This document shows, in pieces, positions 14,754 through 28,256 of a stretch of 64,000 nucleotides of DNA. Origin of the DNA: Octopus sinensis (taxonomy: Eukaryota); the NCBI RefSeq assembly GCF_006345805.1, contig NW_021831861.1, positions 1 through 64,000 on the forward strand, written 5' to 3'. The number at the start of each line of letters is the position of its first letter. Position 1 is the first letter of the stretch. The notes beneath the pieces were generated by a model. It was given only the letters and a program-made list of their open reading frames with translations, was not told the origin of the DNA and searched no databases. A program made the translations under genes and the position numbers.

Positions 14754-15008
14754 CGCCAAAAGGCTACAAGATTCATTTGGATTTCAAAAACAACTTTATC
14801 CTCGAAGAATCTCCGGAGTGTAACTACGATTATCTGGAAATCCGAGACGGTCCATTCGGATATTCCCCGCTGCTAAAACGTCACTGTGGTCGAGATTTCC
14901 CACCATTTTATTTATCTTCTTCTCGCTACCTCTGGCTCCGCTTCAAAACGGATGACAATGTACACAAGAAAGGATTCCATGCTACATATTCATATCAGAA
15001 AGACGAAA
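14754..15008 (+). CDS. NETO/SOL-2-like protein, exon encoding the C-terminal two-thirds of CUB domain 1
   Basis: Polypyrimidine tract + CAG acceptor (14751-14753) and GTAAGT donor at 15009; phase 1/1. Translates (A)PKGYKIHLDFKNNFILEESPECNYDYLEIRDGPFGYSPLLKRHCGRDFPPFYLSSSRYLWLRFKTDDNVHKKGFHATYSYQKDE, matching the NETO-family CUB1 pattern (ECxxDxxExRDGPFGxSP...CG...PP...LW). Confidence 0.93.
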
Positions 15009-15644
15009 GTAAGTCACATTTTCTAAGCTGTTCTTGAGAGTTTTTGCATGCATTCAAGCATATACCTATAACTGGCTTTAACAGTATCGCGAAAGGCCTC
15101 GTTGGAGGCCCAACCCTCCGAGTTCTTTTACAGGGTTTAGAAAAACTGAAGGACCACTGCAATAAGTGTGTGAATCTGAGAGGGGAATATGTTGAATAAA
15201 ATCATAATTAACTGATCCTCCTGTATGTCGGTATATACTTAAAGGCGGCGAGCTGGCAGAAACGTTAGTACGTCGGGCGAAATGCTTAACGGTATTTCCT
15301 CTGCCGTAACGTTCTGAGTTCAAATTCCGCCGAGGTCGACTTTTCCTTTCATCCTTTCGGGGTCGATTAATTAAGTACCAGTTACGCACTGTGGTCGATG
15401 TAATCGACTTAAGACCTATGTCTGTCCTTGTTTGTCCCCTCTGTGTTTAGCCCCTTGTTGGTTATTAGAGAAATAGGTATTTCGCTGCCGCTACGTTCTG
15501 AGTTCAAATTCTGCCAAGGTCGACTTTGCCTTTCATCCATTCGGGGTCGATTAAATAAGTACCAGTTACGCACTGGGGGCGATATAATCGACTTAATCTG
15601 TTTGTCTGCCCTTGTTTGTCCCCTCTGCGTGTATTAAAGAAAAC

Positions 15645-15663
15645 AGTAATGATAATAATAATA

Positions 15664-15736
<73 letters not shown>

Positions 15737-15795
15737 TAATGATAATAATAATAATAATGATAATAATAATAATAATAATAATGATAATAATAATA

Positions 15796-15841
<46 letters not shown>

Positions 15842-15860
15842 GATAATAATAATAATAATA

Positions 15861-15922
<62 letters not shown>

Positions 15923-15942
15923 TAATAATAATAATAATAATA
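15645..15942. repeat. (AAT)n microsatellite, about 300 bp
   Basis: Seen directly. Confidence 0.97.
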
Positions 15943-16362
15943 AGGAGTGAGGCGTGAAAGAAAATATCAGAGATAAAAATGATATGAAAGGAAAAAAAAT
16001 ACGTATCGCGAGAATCCATATATAAAATATTAAATAACAAAATAATACTTGTTACTGTAAAGAAAGCCGAAAATCTCCTGAGTTTCTCGCAGCAGACGTC
16101 GTTTTGACATCGCGCTGCAGGGCTTCTTCCGGATTTCTAATCAGTTCTGAGGACAAGGGAACAGCACAAATGCCTTATTCTTTTTTTTTTTTCAATGCTT
16201 TTTTTTTAATGCTTTGAGTTACTGCATCTGGAAAGTAGGTTCCCTTTGTAAGCGAACATCTGGGGAGCAGGTTATGCAGTCAACTGTAGCCGTACGAATC
16301 ACCAAGTTACCGACAATGATTTCACGTTGTCTATTTGAAATATATATATACATATGCATATC

Positions 16363-16462
<100 letters not shown>

Positions 16463-16621
16463 TACATATATATGTATATGTAGATATAATATATATATAT
16501 ATATATATGTGTGTGATAATATATATATATATTTATATATATATATACATTATATATATATATACATATATACCTATATATGATGGACCAACTAAATTGT
16601 TTCTCCATTTTCTTATTTGTA

Positions 16622-16666
<45 letters not shown>

Positions 16667-17281
16667 TATCTATATATATATATATGTATATATAATATAT
16701 ATATATGTATGTATGTATGTAGTATATATTTGAAAGGGAACAAATGCTTGTACATTGCTCACCACTAACCCTTCTTTTATATCCATTTTCTTTTAGAATT
16801 ATAATAGTCGCTGTGGGTCCCTTAGATCCTTTCTTCTTCTTCTTCTTCTTCTTCTTCTTCTGTGGCATGCCGCGAGTTTGGCCTCTTTGGGTTTGCTATA
16901 GTTTCGTTAAGGGCATTTGCATTGGTACAGGAAATCTCTGCTAGCGTATTAATTTGATAACGGTTTCGTGTGGTTGTTCTGTACTGCCGACAATAACAAC
17001 AGTACGATATCTGGATAACGAGCAATCCCTTATCGTTCACCTGTTTCAGATTGCGGCCATGCTGGGGCATCAGCTTGAAGAATTTTAGTCGCACCAATTG
17101 ATCCCATTTCTTATAATTGTTTTGAGAAGCCAGTTACTTATTCCATCGGTCTCTTTTATCGAACCGCTAAGTTACGGTTGACAAGCGGTGGTGGGGGACA
17201 AACACACACATATGCATATGTCTATATGTATGGGCATATATGTGCATATGTGTGTGTGTGTGTGTGTGTGTGTTCGTGTGT

Positions 17282-17472
17282 GTACGAAAGGGAGCTGAAA
17301 AGTTCCTGACTTCAAGGGTACCGTGAAAGGCCTCGTTGGAAGCCCAGCCTTCCGGGTTCTTTTACGCGGCTTGGAAAAACTGAAGGACCGCTGCAAGTGT
17401 GGGAATCTGATAGGGGATAAAATCATAATTAACTGATCCTTCTATATTTAACAACTTTTCAACGATCCCTCT
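17282..17472 (+). mobile_element. Short mariner-derived MITE-like element; related copy at about 15070-15225
   Basis: tacgaaagggagctgaaaagtt...aacttttcaacgatccctc imperfect TIRs; internal sequence resembles a mariner 3' end; two dispersed copies. Confidence 0.55.
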
Positions 17473-17729
17473 GTGTGTATCTCTTTTACTCTTTTACTTG
17501 TTTCAGTCAGTTGACTGCGGCCATGCTGGAGCACTGCCTTTGAGTGAGTGAAAAGTTGTGGTGAAAGAGTACAGCAGGGATCACCACCACCCCTGCCGTA
17601 GCCTCGTGGAGCTTTAGGTGTTTTCGCTCAATAAACACTCACAACGCCCGGTCTGGGAATCGAAACCGCGATCATATGACCGCGAGTCCGCTGCCCTAAC
17701 CACTGGGCCATTGCGCCCCCTTGTATATA

Positions 17730-17793
<64 letters not shown>

Positions 17794-17922
17794 TGTGTGT
17801 GTGCGTGTGTGTGTGTGTGTGTGTGTCTGTCTGTGTGTGTGTGTGTGTGTGTGCGACTGCGTGTGTATTGTTGGCGATTTTCTTTCTCCGTTTTCGCTTC
17901 CTTGGACTTTTCCGTTTCCTAT

Positions 17923-17957
17923 GTTTCTGACGAAGAGCTCCGTTCGAAACGTTAGAT
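17923..17957 (+). ncRNA. Minimal type I hammerhead ribozyme (HHR repeat family 1)
   Basis: gttt-CTGACGA-a-gagc tcc gttc-GAA-ACGT-T-agat; stems kept by G-U wobbles; element spans about 17855-18055. Confidence 0.7.
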
Positions 17958-18535
17958 CCTCCTCCTTTCTTTCCTTTCCTGAGCGTCCAATAACACTATA
18001 CTTGTTCCACGTCCTCGCGTTGTTGTGTTTTCTCTTTGTTCATGTCTGGATTAACAAGACATTGCCAAACGACTTCATAAAATAGAACCGATTCCTTCTG
18101 CCAACCACCACAATTGTGCATTATGCAATGAAATATGAAAGTTTTTGGTGGCGTAATTGTGCCACACAAATGAATGTCGAAACGATCGTAGTGCAACGTG
18201 AAATTAACTATTTTGCTCAAGAACACAACACTATAATATCTTCGTGCCAAAAAGTAAAGCAGGACACAGGTCTTGGCTTGCTTGCTTTACTTTCTTCTCG
18301 TTCCACTTTTTGCATCAACCTTCTTCGCAGTTTTTTTTTCTCGTTTTTCTTTCTTTTTTTCCTCATGTTTTCTTATTGATCAGCACCCTGGTTTTCGAAT
18401 AGGAGTAGTGGCATGCACTGAATATGAAGAATTGCATGGAGATACATGAGATATGTAAATCTGCTAAAATATTTTATATCAACAGCATGAAACTATTTGT
18501 AGAACTTTTTAAAATTTTGTGTGTGTATATAAATA

Positions 18536-18582
<47 letters not shown>

Positions 18583-18593
18583 ATCATCTACTA

Positions 18594-18636
<43 letters not shown>

Positions 18637-18742
18637 TATCTATATCTATCTATCTATCTATCAATATATTATAAATATGTATGTGTGTATGTATGTATGT
18701 TTGTATCTATTTATTTATCTATCTATCTATCTATCTATCTAT

Positions 18743-18810
<68 letters not shown>

Positions 18811-18838
18811 TAGAGAGAGAGAAGAGAGAGAGAGAGAG

Positions 18839-18895
<57 letters not shown>

Positions 18896-19600
18896 TGAAT
18901 GAATATGTAAATATATATGCGTGTGTGTGAGTATATATATATGTATTTCTGTGAGCTTGTGAATGCGTATATACGTTCATGTGTCGTAATTCCGCTTTGT
19001 CATAGTCAGACATACAACCGTTTGTTTAAACACAGCGTAATTTATATCCACCGATTTCCATACACTTCCTAGGAAAGGCAGCGTTATATCACACTAAACC
19101 TGCTTCGGCGATGTACGCACAGACTGCAACAAAATATCGCTAATATATTAAGAAGGAATAACAAAGGAAAGCTAATCACTTAATTAATGCATCAACCCCC
19201 AGCTGTTTTCACTAAGAGGCCTAAACATTACAACGCAATCAGTGGAGCGTTATACTCCTCGGCTTTCTACACAGCTTTCAAACCTTTCTATTTGAGAACC
19301 ACTTTATTTTATACGCATCATCTGCACTAAGTGACCTGATTTTGCAAAGATTTCTTATCAGAGAAAACATTCTAACACTTAAGTGTAAACAATAACGCAA
19401 CGTGGAAGATGAAAATATACGCAAATATATCCGCTAATTCTAACAAGTGCTTGAGTGTAGTTTATGGTTGAAGACAAATAAATGACGAATCAAACATGCC
19501 CTGCTGAGTGTACTACAATTAACCATTGACAATGTCACGCCGTTCCATAGGTAAACGTGTCCTACATACATCTGCATGATTATATACGCTCCTACGTAAA

Positions 19601-20570
19601 GGCGGCGAGCTGCCAGAAACGTTAGCACGCCGGGCGAAATGCTTAGCGGTATTTCGTCTGCCGTTACGTTCTGAGTTCAAATTCCGCCGAGGTCAACTTT
19701 GCCTTTCATCCTTTCGGGGTCGATTAAATAAGTACCAGTTACGCACTGGGGTCGATATAGTCGGCTTAATCCATTTGTCGGTCTTTTTTTTTGTCCTCTC
19801 TGTGTTTAGCCCCTTGTAGGTAGTAAAGAAATAGGTATTTCGTCTGCCGTTACGTTCTGAGTTCAAATTCCGCCGAGGTCGACTTTGCCTTTCATCCTTT
19901 TGGGGTCGATTAAATAAGTACCAGTTACGCACTGGGGTCGATATAGTCGGCTTAATCCATTTGTCGGTCTTTTTTTTGTCCTCTCTGTGTTTAGCCCCTT
20001 GTGGGTAGTAAAGAAATAGGTATTTCGTCTGCCGTTACGTTCTGAGTTCAAATTCCGCCGAGGTCGACTTTGCCTTTCATCCTTTTGGGGTCGATTAAAT
20101 AAGTACCAGTTACTCATTGGGGAGATATAATCGACTTAATCTATTTGTCTGTCCTTGTTTGTCCTCTCTGTGTTTAGCCCCTTGTGGGCAGTAAAGAAAC
20201 AGGTATTTAGTCTACCGTTACGTTCTGAGTTCAAATTCCGCCGAGGTCACTTTGCTTTTCAGCCTTTCGGGGTCGATTAAATAAGTACCAGTTACGCACT
20301 GGGGTCGATATAATCGACTTAAAACCGTTTGTCTGTCCTTGTTTGTCCTCTTTGTGTTTAGCCCCTTGTGGGTAATAAAGAAACAGGTATTTCATCTGCC
20401 GTTACGTTCTGAGCTGAAATTCCGCCGAGGTCGACTTTGCCTTTCATCCTTTCGGGGTCGACAAATTAAGTACCAGTTACGCACTGGGGTCGCTGTAACC
20501 GACTTAATGCCTTTGTCTGTCCTTGTTTCTCCCCTCTATTTTTAGCCCTTTGTGGGCAATAAAGAAATAA
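19601..20570 (+). mobile_element. tRNA-derived SINE family B, head + 5 tandem ~185-nt units
   Basis: Head ggcggcgagctg..agaaacgttagc, B-box gagttcaaattcc, core gcctttcatcctttcggggtcgat; TSD tatatacgc(t/c)ccta at 19581 and 20571. Confidence 0.85.
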
Positions 20571-20702
20571 TATATACGCCCCTATTTTAATCTAAATACA
20601 TACATATAAATATAAGTGCATACACACACGTATACACACACACAGACACACACGCGTATACAAACACACACACACACATATTTATATATCGAGGGAGGAA
20701 GA

Positions 20703-20733
<31 letters not shown>

Positions 20734-21426
20734 TGTGGCATAGTGGTTAGAGTGTTGTACACATGATCGTAAGATTTAGGTCTCGGTTCTTGGACCGGTT
20801 GATCCTTTATGTTCTTGATCAAGTTACTTCATTTCACGTTCCTTCTGTTGACACAGCAGGCAAAAATAAATAAGCCCGAGACGGACTGGCGTCCTATCCA
20901 GGTGTGGTAAGAAAATGAATACGCCACAGGATGCAAGAAATCAACTTTGAGAGCTCATGGCTCGGGAAATAACTCTGGTCATTTGTGTATGTCTGCGTAT
21001 GTGTATGTGTGTGTGTTATATTGACGCACACATATACATATAACGAATCAATACATGACTAGTGTAATTTGTTATCGTATCGAGTTGATCTGTAATTGTT
21101 GTTAGTGATGTTGGATAGATGGAAACTATCTAGAATCCCTTCGAATCGATTATACTTGTGAATCAAGTGACGACCTTTGTCATTCACGCTGAAACTGCTT
21201 TTATATACATATATATACATACATATATATATACATATATATATATACATATGTATATATAAATATATATATACACATATATATACACATATACCATATA
21301 CATACACACATATATATTATATATATATATATATACATATACATCATATACATTATATATATATATATACTATATATATACATTTTATATATACATATAC
21401 TATATATATATGTGTATATATATATA

Positions 21427-21598
21427 TAGTTATCGCCATACTAATATGGCATCTTATAAAAATAAGAATAAAGCTGTCCGCTTATTAGCTCCATGAGGCC
21501 ATCGCCTTAAGTTAGCTATTGATGGCCTCATGGAGCTAATAAGGGACAGCTTTATTCTTATTTTTATAAGAATGCCATATTAGTATGGCGATAACTAT
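21427..21598. repeat. Fold-back, ~78-bp arms, adjoining (TA)n
   Basis: tagttatcgccatactaatatggc...catgaggccatc / gatggcctcatg...gccatattagtatggcgataacta. Confidence 0.88.
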
Positions 21599-21665
21599 TA
21601 TTTTCCTCCGGAAACGCTGCCGTTGTTCTCTTTTAGAGAGACTTAGTAATTTTTAATATTTCTAT

Positions 21666-21731
<66 letters not shown>

Positions 21732-22436
21732 GTTTGTGTGTGTTTGTGTGGTGTGTGTGTGTGGTGTGTGTAACTTTCGAACACCTTCTTTCTTTTTTTT
21801 TCGACATTGCTTCAGTATTGTACATGAACTTCTCTCACCTCTTTCTATCATCATTATTCTCTTTAATATTAACTCATTTCCTATGTTTTTATTGTTTTAT
21901 AAAGTACCTCTAATATTTTTTCTTTCTGCCTCTCCTCTTTTGCTCGTAGTTTCCCTTCTTCTTTCACTCTCCCTTCACTATTTTTCAAAGTCTGCTCGCT
22001 TGACTGCCTGTTTCACTTGCTGATGACTGCAAGTGATTTCTGCATCTTTCTCCTTTTTTTTTCACACTGGCAATCTCCCACCTATCCACCGATTTATTTT
22101 ATTTATCTAATTTTTTTCCCTATCTTTTTTCTCTCTCTTCTCTACTGTCACCTCTTTCAAATTCCATATGTTTACAGCGGAACAGAGCGACAGAATCAGT
22201 GGAAACTAATAAACATAAAAAAGATACGTGACTCGGATTTGTGTGTGCGTGCATATATATATATATGAATATATATATATTATATATGTTGGTGTGTGTG
22301 GTGTCTGTGTGTGTGTGTGTATACATATATATATATATATATATATATAATATACATGGTTATATATATACATACTCCATATATATATATTTATTATATA
22401 TATATATTATATACAGATATTATGTGTGTATTGTTT

Positions 22437-22467
<31 letters not shown>

Positions 22468-23272
22468 TATGGTGTGTGTGGTGTGTGTGGTAACACATAC
22501 ATACATATATTATATCTATGTAAATATAATATATATACATACTTTATATATATATATATATATATATAAGTATATATGCATATTATATACATGCATTATA
22601 TATTTTATATACATATGATTCATATATGTGTGTATATGTTTATATATATGTGTTGTGTGTGTGTGTGTGCTTGTTTGTGTATACGTGTGTATGTGTGTGT
22701 ATACGTGTGTGTGCGTGTGTTATACATGATGCAAGAAACAGAACAACAGAACCGTTTTGTAGGAGTAGTACGTCTCCTCCAACAGAGCGTTCTGTTTCCC
22801 TCATCAGACGGGGTGGGAAAAAAAAGAACTAAAATTTACTGCGACCAGTATTGTAAGACAACTAGTCACGTAGGTTGTTATAAAACGTTTCTGAACAGAT
22901 GAATGTAGCGAAAAATCTGACATTTTCATCCAGACGAATAAAACTATCTTTCGGGGGATAGCTATCTTTATATGCTCCTCGGGGCATATACACACGATAA
23001 CAACAGATGCATACACTACAGCGTACACTGAAATTAGTCTTCGTATCGTATTTTTCACTAAAGCGCTCACCAAATGGTAATATACACTGAATTGAATCGA
23101 TAGATTGAAAGAATAAAGGAAAAAGGTTAACTTGTTTGTTGAAATATGTTTTACCTATCTTCATTCTGATATCTTTGAATTACTTGTAGTAAGCGACGTG
23201 CATAACGTACATACGTAACTGTGTGGCTCAGAGGCTCGCTTTGCAATCGCGCCGTTTCGAGTTCAGTCTCAT

Positions 23273-23273
23273 G

Positions 23274-23327
<54 letters not shown>

Positions 23328-23351
23328 AATAATAGATAGATAGATAGATAT

Positions 23352-23394
<43 letters not shown>

Positions 23395-23412
23395 ACAGAC
23401 AGACAGACAGAC

Positions 23413-23445
<33 letters not shown>

Positions 23446-23545
23446 TATAGATAGATAGACAGGCAGGCAGACAGACAGACAAGCAGGCAGACAGAGAGAC
23501 AGGCAGACAGATATATATATATATATATATATAATATATATATAT

Positions 23546-23581
<36 letters not shown>

Positions 23582-23632
23582 GTAGGTATGGTTGAGATAG
23601 ATATTTTCTTATTAGCCACAGGGCTGCACACC

Positions 23633-23728
<96 letters not shown>
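23273..23728. repeat. (GATA)n/(GACA)n compound microsatellite
   Basis: Seen directly. Confidence 0.95.
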
Positions 23729-24136
23729 GCCAGCCCTCACCTGTTTCCAAGCGAGGAAATATTTGAGCATGACCCGTTATTTTTACTGTTTTGTTTTCAC
23801 TGTCATCTTCTTGTTACAATTTTCACCCTCCGCAAAACATTCCAAATTTTATTTAATTTGCTTTGCGGGAAGGATTGTTTCAACGAAGTCGCGTCTTGTC
23901 CTTGCCTTCGTAACGTGGAGTAGATGAAACAGGGACAACTGAAGGGGAATATTCTTTATGTTGTATGTCTCGTTTCTCTGTTTGTTTGTTTTTTTTTCTT
24001 TTCGTTGTTCGAAAAACAGGCAGTAGTATTATACATACTTTCAGGTTTGTGTTTGGGTACATGTTGTGAGTGAATAGATAACTGAAAAAAATGGAGTCAA
24101 GAAGAAGGAGTAAGGTTGGACATTTATTTCTTTTTA

Positions 24137-24242
24137 ATCGCTACAATTGTTTCTACGCAACGTAGTTCTCCAGACATGCACGTATTTGATTATGCAATTG
24201 TTTCCCTGCATTATGATATCTAGTTGTGTTTCGTCAGGCGAT
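24137..24242 (-). ncRNA. Type I hammerhead, left arm of a fold-back
   Basis: Minus strand: atcgc-CTGACGA-aacacaactag...ctacgttgcgta-GAA-ACAATTGT-A-gcgat, followed by AATAAA; 5-bp stem I and palindromic stem III. Confidence 0.75.
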
Positions 24243-24352
24243 ATGTAAGTATTGTCTCCGTAAATTCAACTACTACTAAATTCAGGCCACGACAGACAGA
24301 AAGGATGTTCTTGAAGTCGAGGATTTTGAATTTACGGAGACAATATTTACAT

Positions 24353-24458
24353 ATCGCCTGACGAAACACAACTAGATATTATAATGCATGAAAACAATTG
24401 CAAAATCAAGTACCTGCACGTCTAGAGAACTACGTTGCGTAGAAACAACTGTAGCAAT
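24353..24458 (+). ncRNA. Type I hammerhead, right arm of a fold-back
   Basis: atcgc-CTGACGA(24358-24364)...-GAA-ACAACTGT-A-gcaat; one substitution each in stems I and III relative to the left arm. Confidence 0.6.
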
Positions 24459-25976
24459 TAAAAATAAAATAAAATTTAATCTCTCTTTGAGATTAATTAG
24501 TCTCCTGAAACATATACTCATGTCTTTATAATTAATAGGTCGTGTATTGCGCGCGTGCGTGCGTGCGTGTATAATACATGTGATGTGTTTTACTATTTTC
24601 TTTTGTGTTGAAAGCTGGAAATAAGGTTGGTCAGTTGCTGTGTTGATGACGTCTATTGAGGCAGAAACATGTATCAATATGTGTTCTTTTGTCTCCAGGT
24701 GCCAGTTTCCAAGAAATTCTTCATTCTTGAGAATATCTTCCCTTTTCATTTAGCAATTGTTCCCAATTGCCACCAAGCGATTGTTCTACCCTCACTGGAG
24801 ATTATTTCAGTAAATCTAAAAGAATTTATTGTTTATGGTATTTGCTGCACCCTTACTAGTTTTAGTTGTTTCGTTATATGCCACTGGCCACCCTGAGTTG
24901 TTTCTCTAAGCTTATTTTTGCTTCACATATATATACACACATACACACACACACACACACACACAAACACATATACATACTTATATGTATATATATATAC
25001 ACATACAAACATATATACATACTTATATGTGTGTGTATATATATATATATAGACACACACACAGGTATATATATACACATATATATGACGATCTTCTTTC
25101 AGTTTCCGTCGACTAAATCCATTCACAAAACGTTGGTCGGCTCAAGGCTATGATAGAAGATACTTGGCCAAGGTGCCACGCAGTGGGACTGAACCCGAAA
25201 CCATGTGGATCGGAAGCAAGCTTCTCACCACATAGACAGACAACAAACAAACAGAAAGATAGATGAATAGATTCGTGTACGCACACACATATTTGTGTGT
25301 GTAGACATGTATGTATGTATGTATGTATGTATGTATGTATGTATGTATGTATGTATGTATGTATGTATGTATGTATGTATGTATGCATGCATGCATGCAT
25401 GCATGTATGTATGTATGTATGTATGTATGTATGTATGTATGTATGTATGTATGTATGTATGTATGTTAGCACGAGATCTCAGAATTTCCCCACAAAAGTG
25501 AGGTACGCTTCAGCTTTTGTTAAAGCATGTCTCTAGGAGAAGGTCATTCTGATATAAAACCAGATGTGCAGGGAATGGCATTGAGCGTTTTGGGGATCTT
25601 TTGGTTGTGCTCGAGGTCATGGCGCTACCACATTTCTGTGCCTCCGACCCAAATTGGTAGTGGATACCTTGCCCTGACCTTGTCTCTGGATCATGGGTGG
25701 AGAAGGTCAGTGAGGTGTAGTGCAAGCTTCATTGGACCTAACATCCTACGTTGTGCAATCGTCGGCGATGCAACTTTCCGATGGCCGGTCTTATAGGAGG
25801 GTGTCGCGGTGACATGGAAGACACCGGCGCGAACGTAGCTGAAACCACCCTCAAGGTGCAATAACCTCACGCACTGGCATTGCTGGTATTTTGTATGGAC
25901 AATGGTCAGTGATGGTCTTCCTTGGTCACGAGTAGACAGCCATCATGATTTACTTACGGGGGTCAGCGATTATATA

Positions 25977-26080
25977 TCACCTGAGGAGATATAACTGGAT
26001 CCCATTATACAGATTAAACCGTTGCTTAATTTAAACCCTGTGTATATGTGGATCTATGTCGTTTCGAAACATGCGTAGAG
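25977..26080 (+). ncRNA. Degenerate type I hammerhead with a long stem II
   Basis: CTGAGGA(25981-25987)-gatataactggatccc...ggatctatgtcgtttc-GAA-ACATGCGT-A-gag; stem I is poor. Confidence 0.45.
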
Positions 26081-26963
26081 TTTATTAAATGGTTGTCAAA
26101 ATGTACTCCTTCGTGGACATTGGCAAACTTCTTTTTCGCCGTTGGCTATGTATACCTTCCGCCCAGCTTCCCTTTTGGTTAGCTGGTATACAGTACCCTG
26201 CTACCCCCATCCCTCCAGGCTTTCCAGGCCTGTTTCTTTGCTCTAATGGTTTTGTCTACCATACTAATCCACCACCACGTAACTCTAGGTCTGGAAGGGA
26301 CTTTGTACTATACGCAGACTTGGTTTGTGACACTCAGAAAGCTGTCCCGTAGGAATTTCCGGCTCCTTCTATGTCCGATGTCTGTAGCTCCTCCTCCCTC
26401 ACCTCAAATTTCAAAAAGTCTCTCCGCAGTGAATTTTTTCATCCTGAGTCTGCAAGAGTCAGACACTCCAAGATATATTTCAAAACATGTGTAGTAGAGT
26501 CAACTTAAGTATTCAAAATGAAGGACAACACTTTCAACACCTCTTATAAAGTTTTTTAAAGTCTTGCAAAGTCTAATATATTCTTTTGTAGTCTTCTACC
26601 ATCTTATAAATATTTATTTTGCAACAAAATACTTACTGCGGAGAGACTTTTTGAACATCCTGTGTATGTAGAGAGAGAGAGAAAAAGAGAGAGAGGGAGA
26701 GACACACACACACACTCACACACATAGTAGATAAATTTATTCATTTATTTATTCTTAGTTTTTTGATATTTGTAATGTGGCATTTCGTCCGCCATTACGT
26801 TCTATGTTCAAATGGTATCGGGGTCTACTTTGCTTTTCATCCTTTCGGGATGGATGAAATAAATACCAGCTGAGTACTGGGGTCGATATAATCGACGTAG
26901 CCCCTCCCTTTATATTTCTGGCCTTGTGCCAAAATTTGAAACCAATATGTATTTGTAATATAC

Positions 26964-27364
26964 TCTTTTACTTGTTTCAGTCATTTGACTGCGACCATGC
27001 TGGAGCACCGCCTTTAGTCGAGCAAATCGACCCTAAGACTTATTCTTTGTAAGCCTAGTACTTACTCTATCGGTCTCTTTTGCCAAACCGCTAAGTTGCG
27101 GGAGACGTAAACACACCAGCATCGGTTGTCAAGCGATGTTGGGGGGGGGGGGGCAAACACAGACACACACATATATATACATATACATATATACATATAT
27201 ACGACGGGCTTCATTTCAGTTTCCGCTTACCAAACCCACTCACAAGGCATTGGTCGGCCTGAGGCTAGAGTAAAAGACACTAGCCCAAGGTGCCACGCAG
27301 TGGGACTGAACCCAGAACCATGTTATTGGTAAGCAAGCTACTTACCACACAGCCACTCCTGCAC
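26964..27364 (-). mobile_element. SINE family A copy
   Basis: Reverse complement of family A. Confidence 0.78.
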
Positions 27365-27906
27365 CAATTTTTTTGTTGTTGTTTGATTCTGTTTTTTTTT
27401 TACAATACTTGATTGATAGATTTTTAATGATGCCAAGGTTTATGAAGAGATGTAGGTAGGTGGGACACAGGTGAGAAAGGAAAAGAAGAGGATGATACTA
27501 AAGATGAACATATGACTTCAGTCGCTGCAGAGAGATAGACACTGAAAAAACGATTAGTTTCGAGCTCATGAGAAAAGTGTATCGTTCTATCACAGCAGGC
27601 TTCACATGATGAAGCTGTCAACAGATGAAAATAGAAGCAAGTTGAGGTTACTGGAACTAATTGAAAATACATAGCGATATATATATTCCTTTATATATAT
27701 ACAGACATAAATACATATATATATGTGTGTGTGTATAATATGTCTGTGTGTGTACGTATACAGTAGCCATGTCATCAACGTCTGCATACATGCATGTATG
27801 GATACATACATTAAAATACATGTACAGAGAGAAACATTTGTGCGTGTAGGCACGCTATATGCTTGTAACTGTATATACATACGTATCTATCTATCTATCT
27901 ATCTAA

Positions 27907-27949
<43 letters not shown>

Positions 27950-27974
27950 TTATCTATCTATCTATTTATCTATC

Positions 27975-28043
<69 letters not shown>

Positions 28044-28053
28044 ATATATAATA

Positions 28054-28091
<38 letters not shown>

Positions 28092-28256
28092 CTTTATTTA
28101 AAAGCAGCAGAATTCAACAAAACCTGTTACTCTGAGTAACAGGTTTTGTTGAATTTCTGCTGCTTTTAAATAAAGTATATTACTCTACCCCTAGTATTTG
28201 AGTACTTTTTTTCCACCTTGTTTCACATTTATGTGTTTACTCCGGTATATATATAT

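Noticed and set aside
15078-15389. Recurrent ORF MRNWYL..RPRKDERQSRPRRNLNSER
   Set aside because: Antisense translation of SINE family B; recurrence reflects repeat copy number.
19601-20570. Regularly spaced repeats resembling a CRISPR array
   Set aside because: Units are ~185-nt full tandem copies of a SINE body with no unique spacers or cas genes; eukaryotic context.
22775-22813. Minus-strand CTGATGA-gg-GAA-ACAGAacgcTCTGT-T hammerhead-like string
   Set aside because: Stem III is good, but stem II is only 2 nt and stem I does not pair; chance match or heavily deleted relic.
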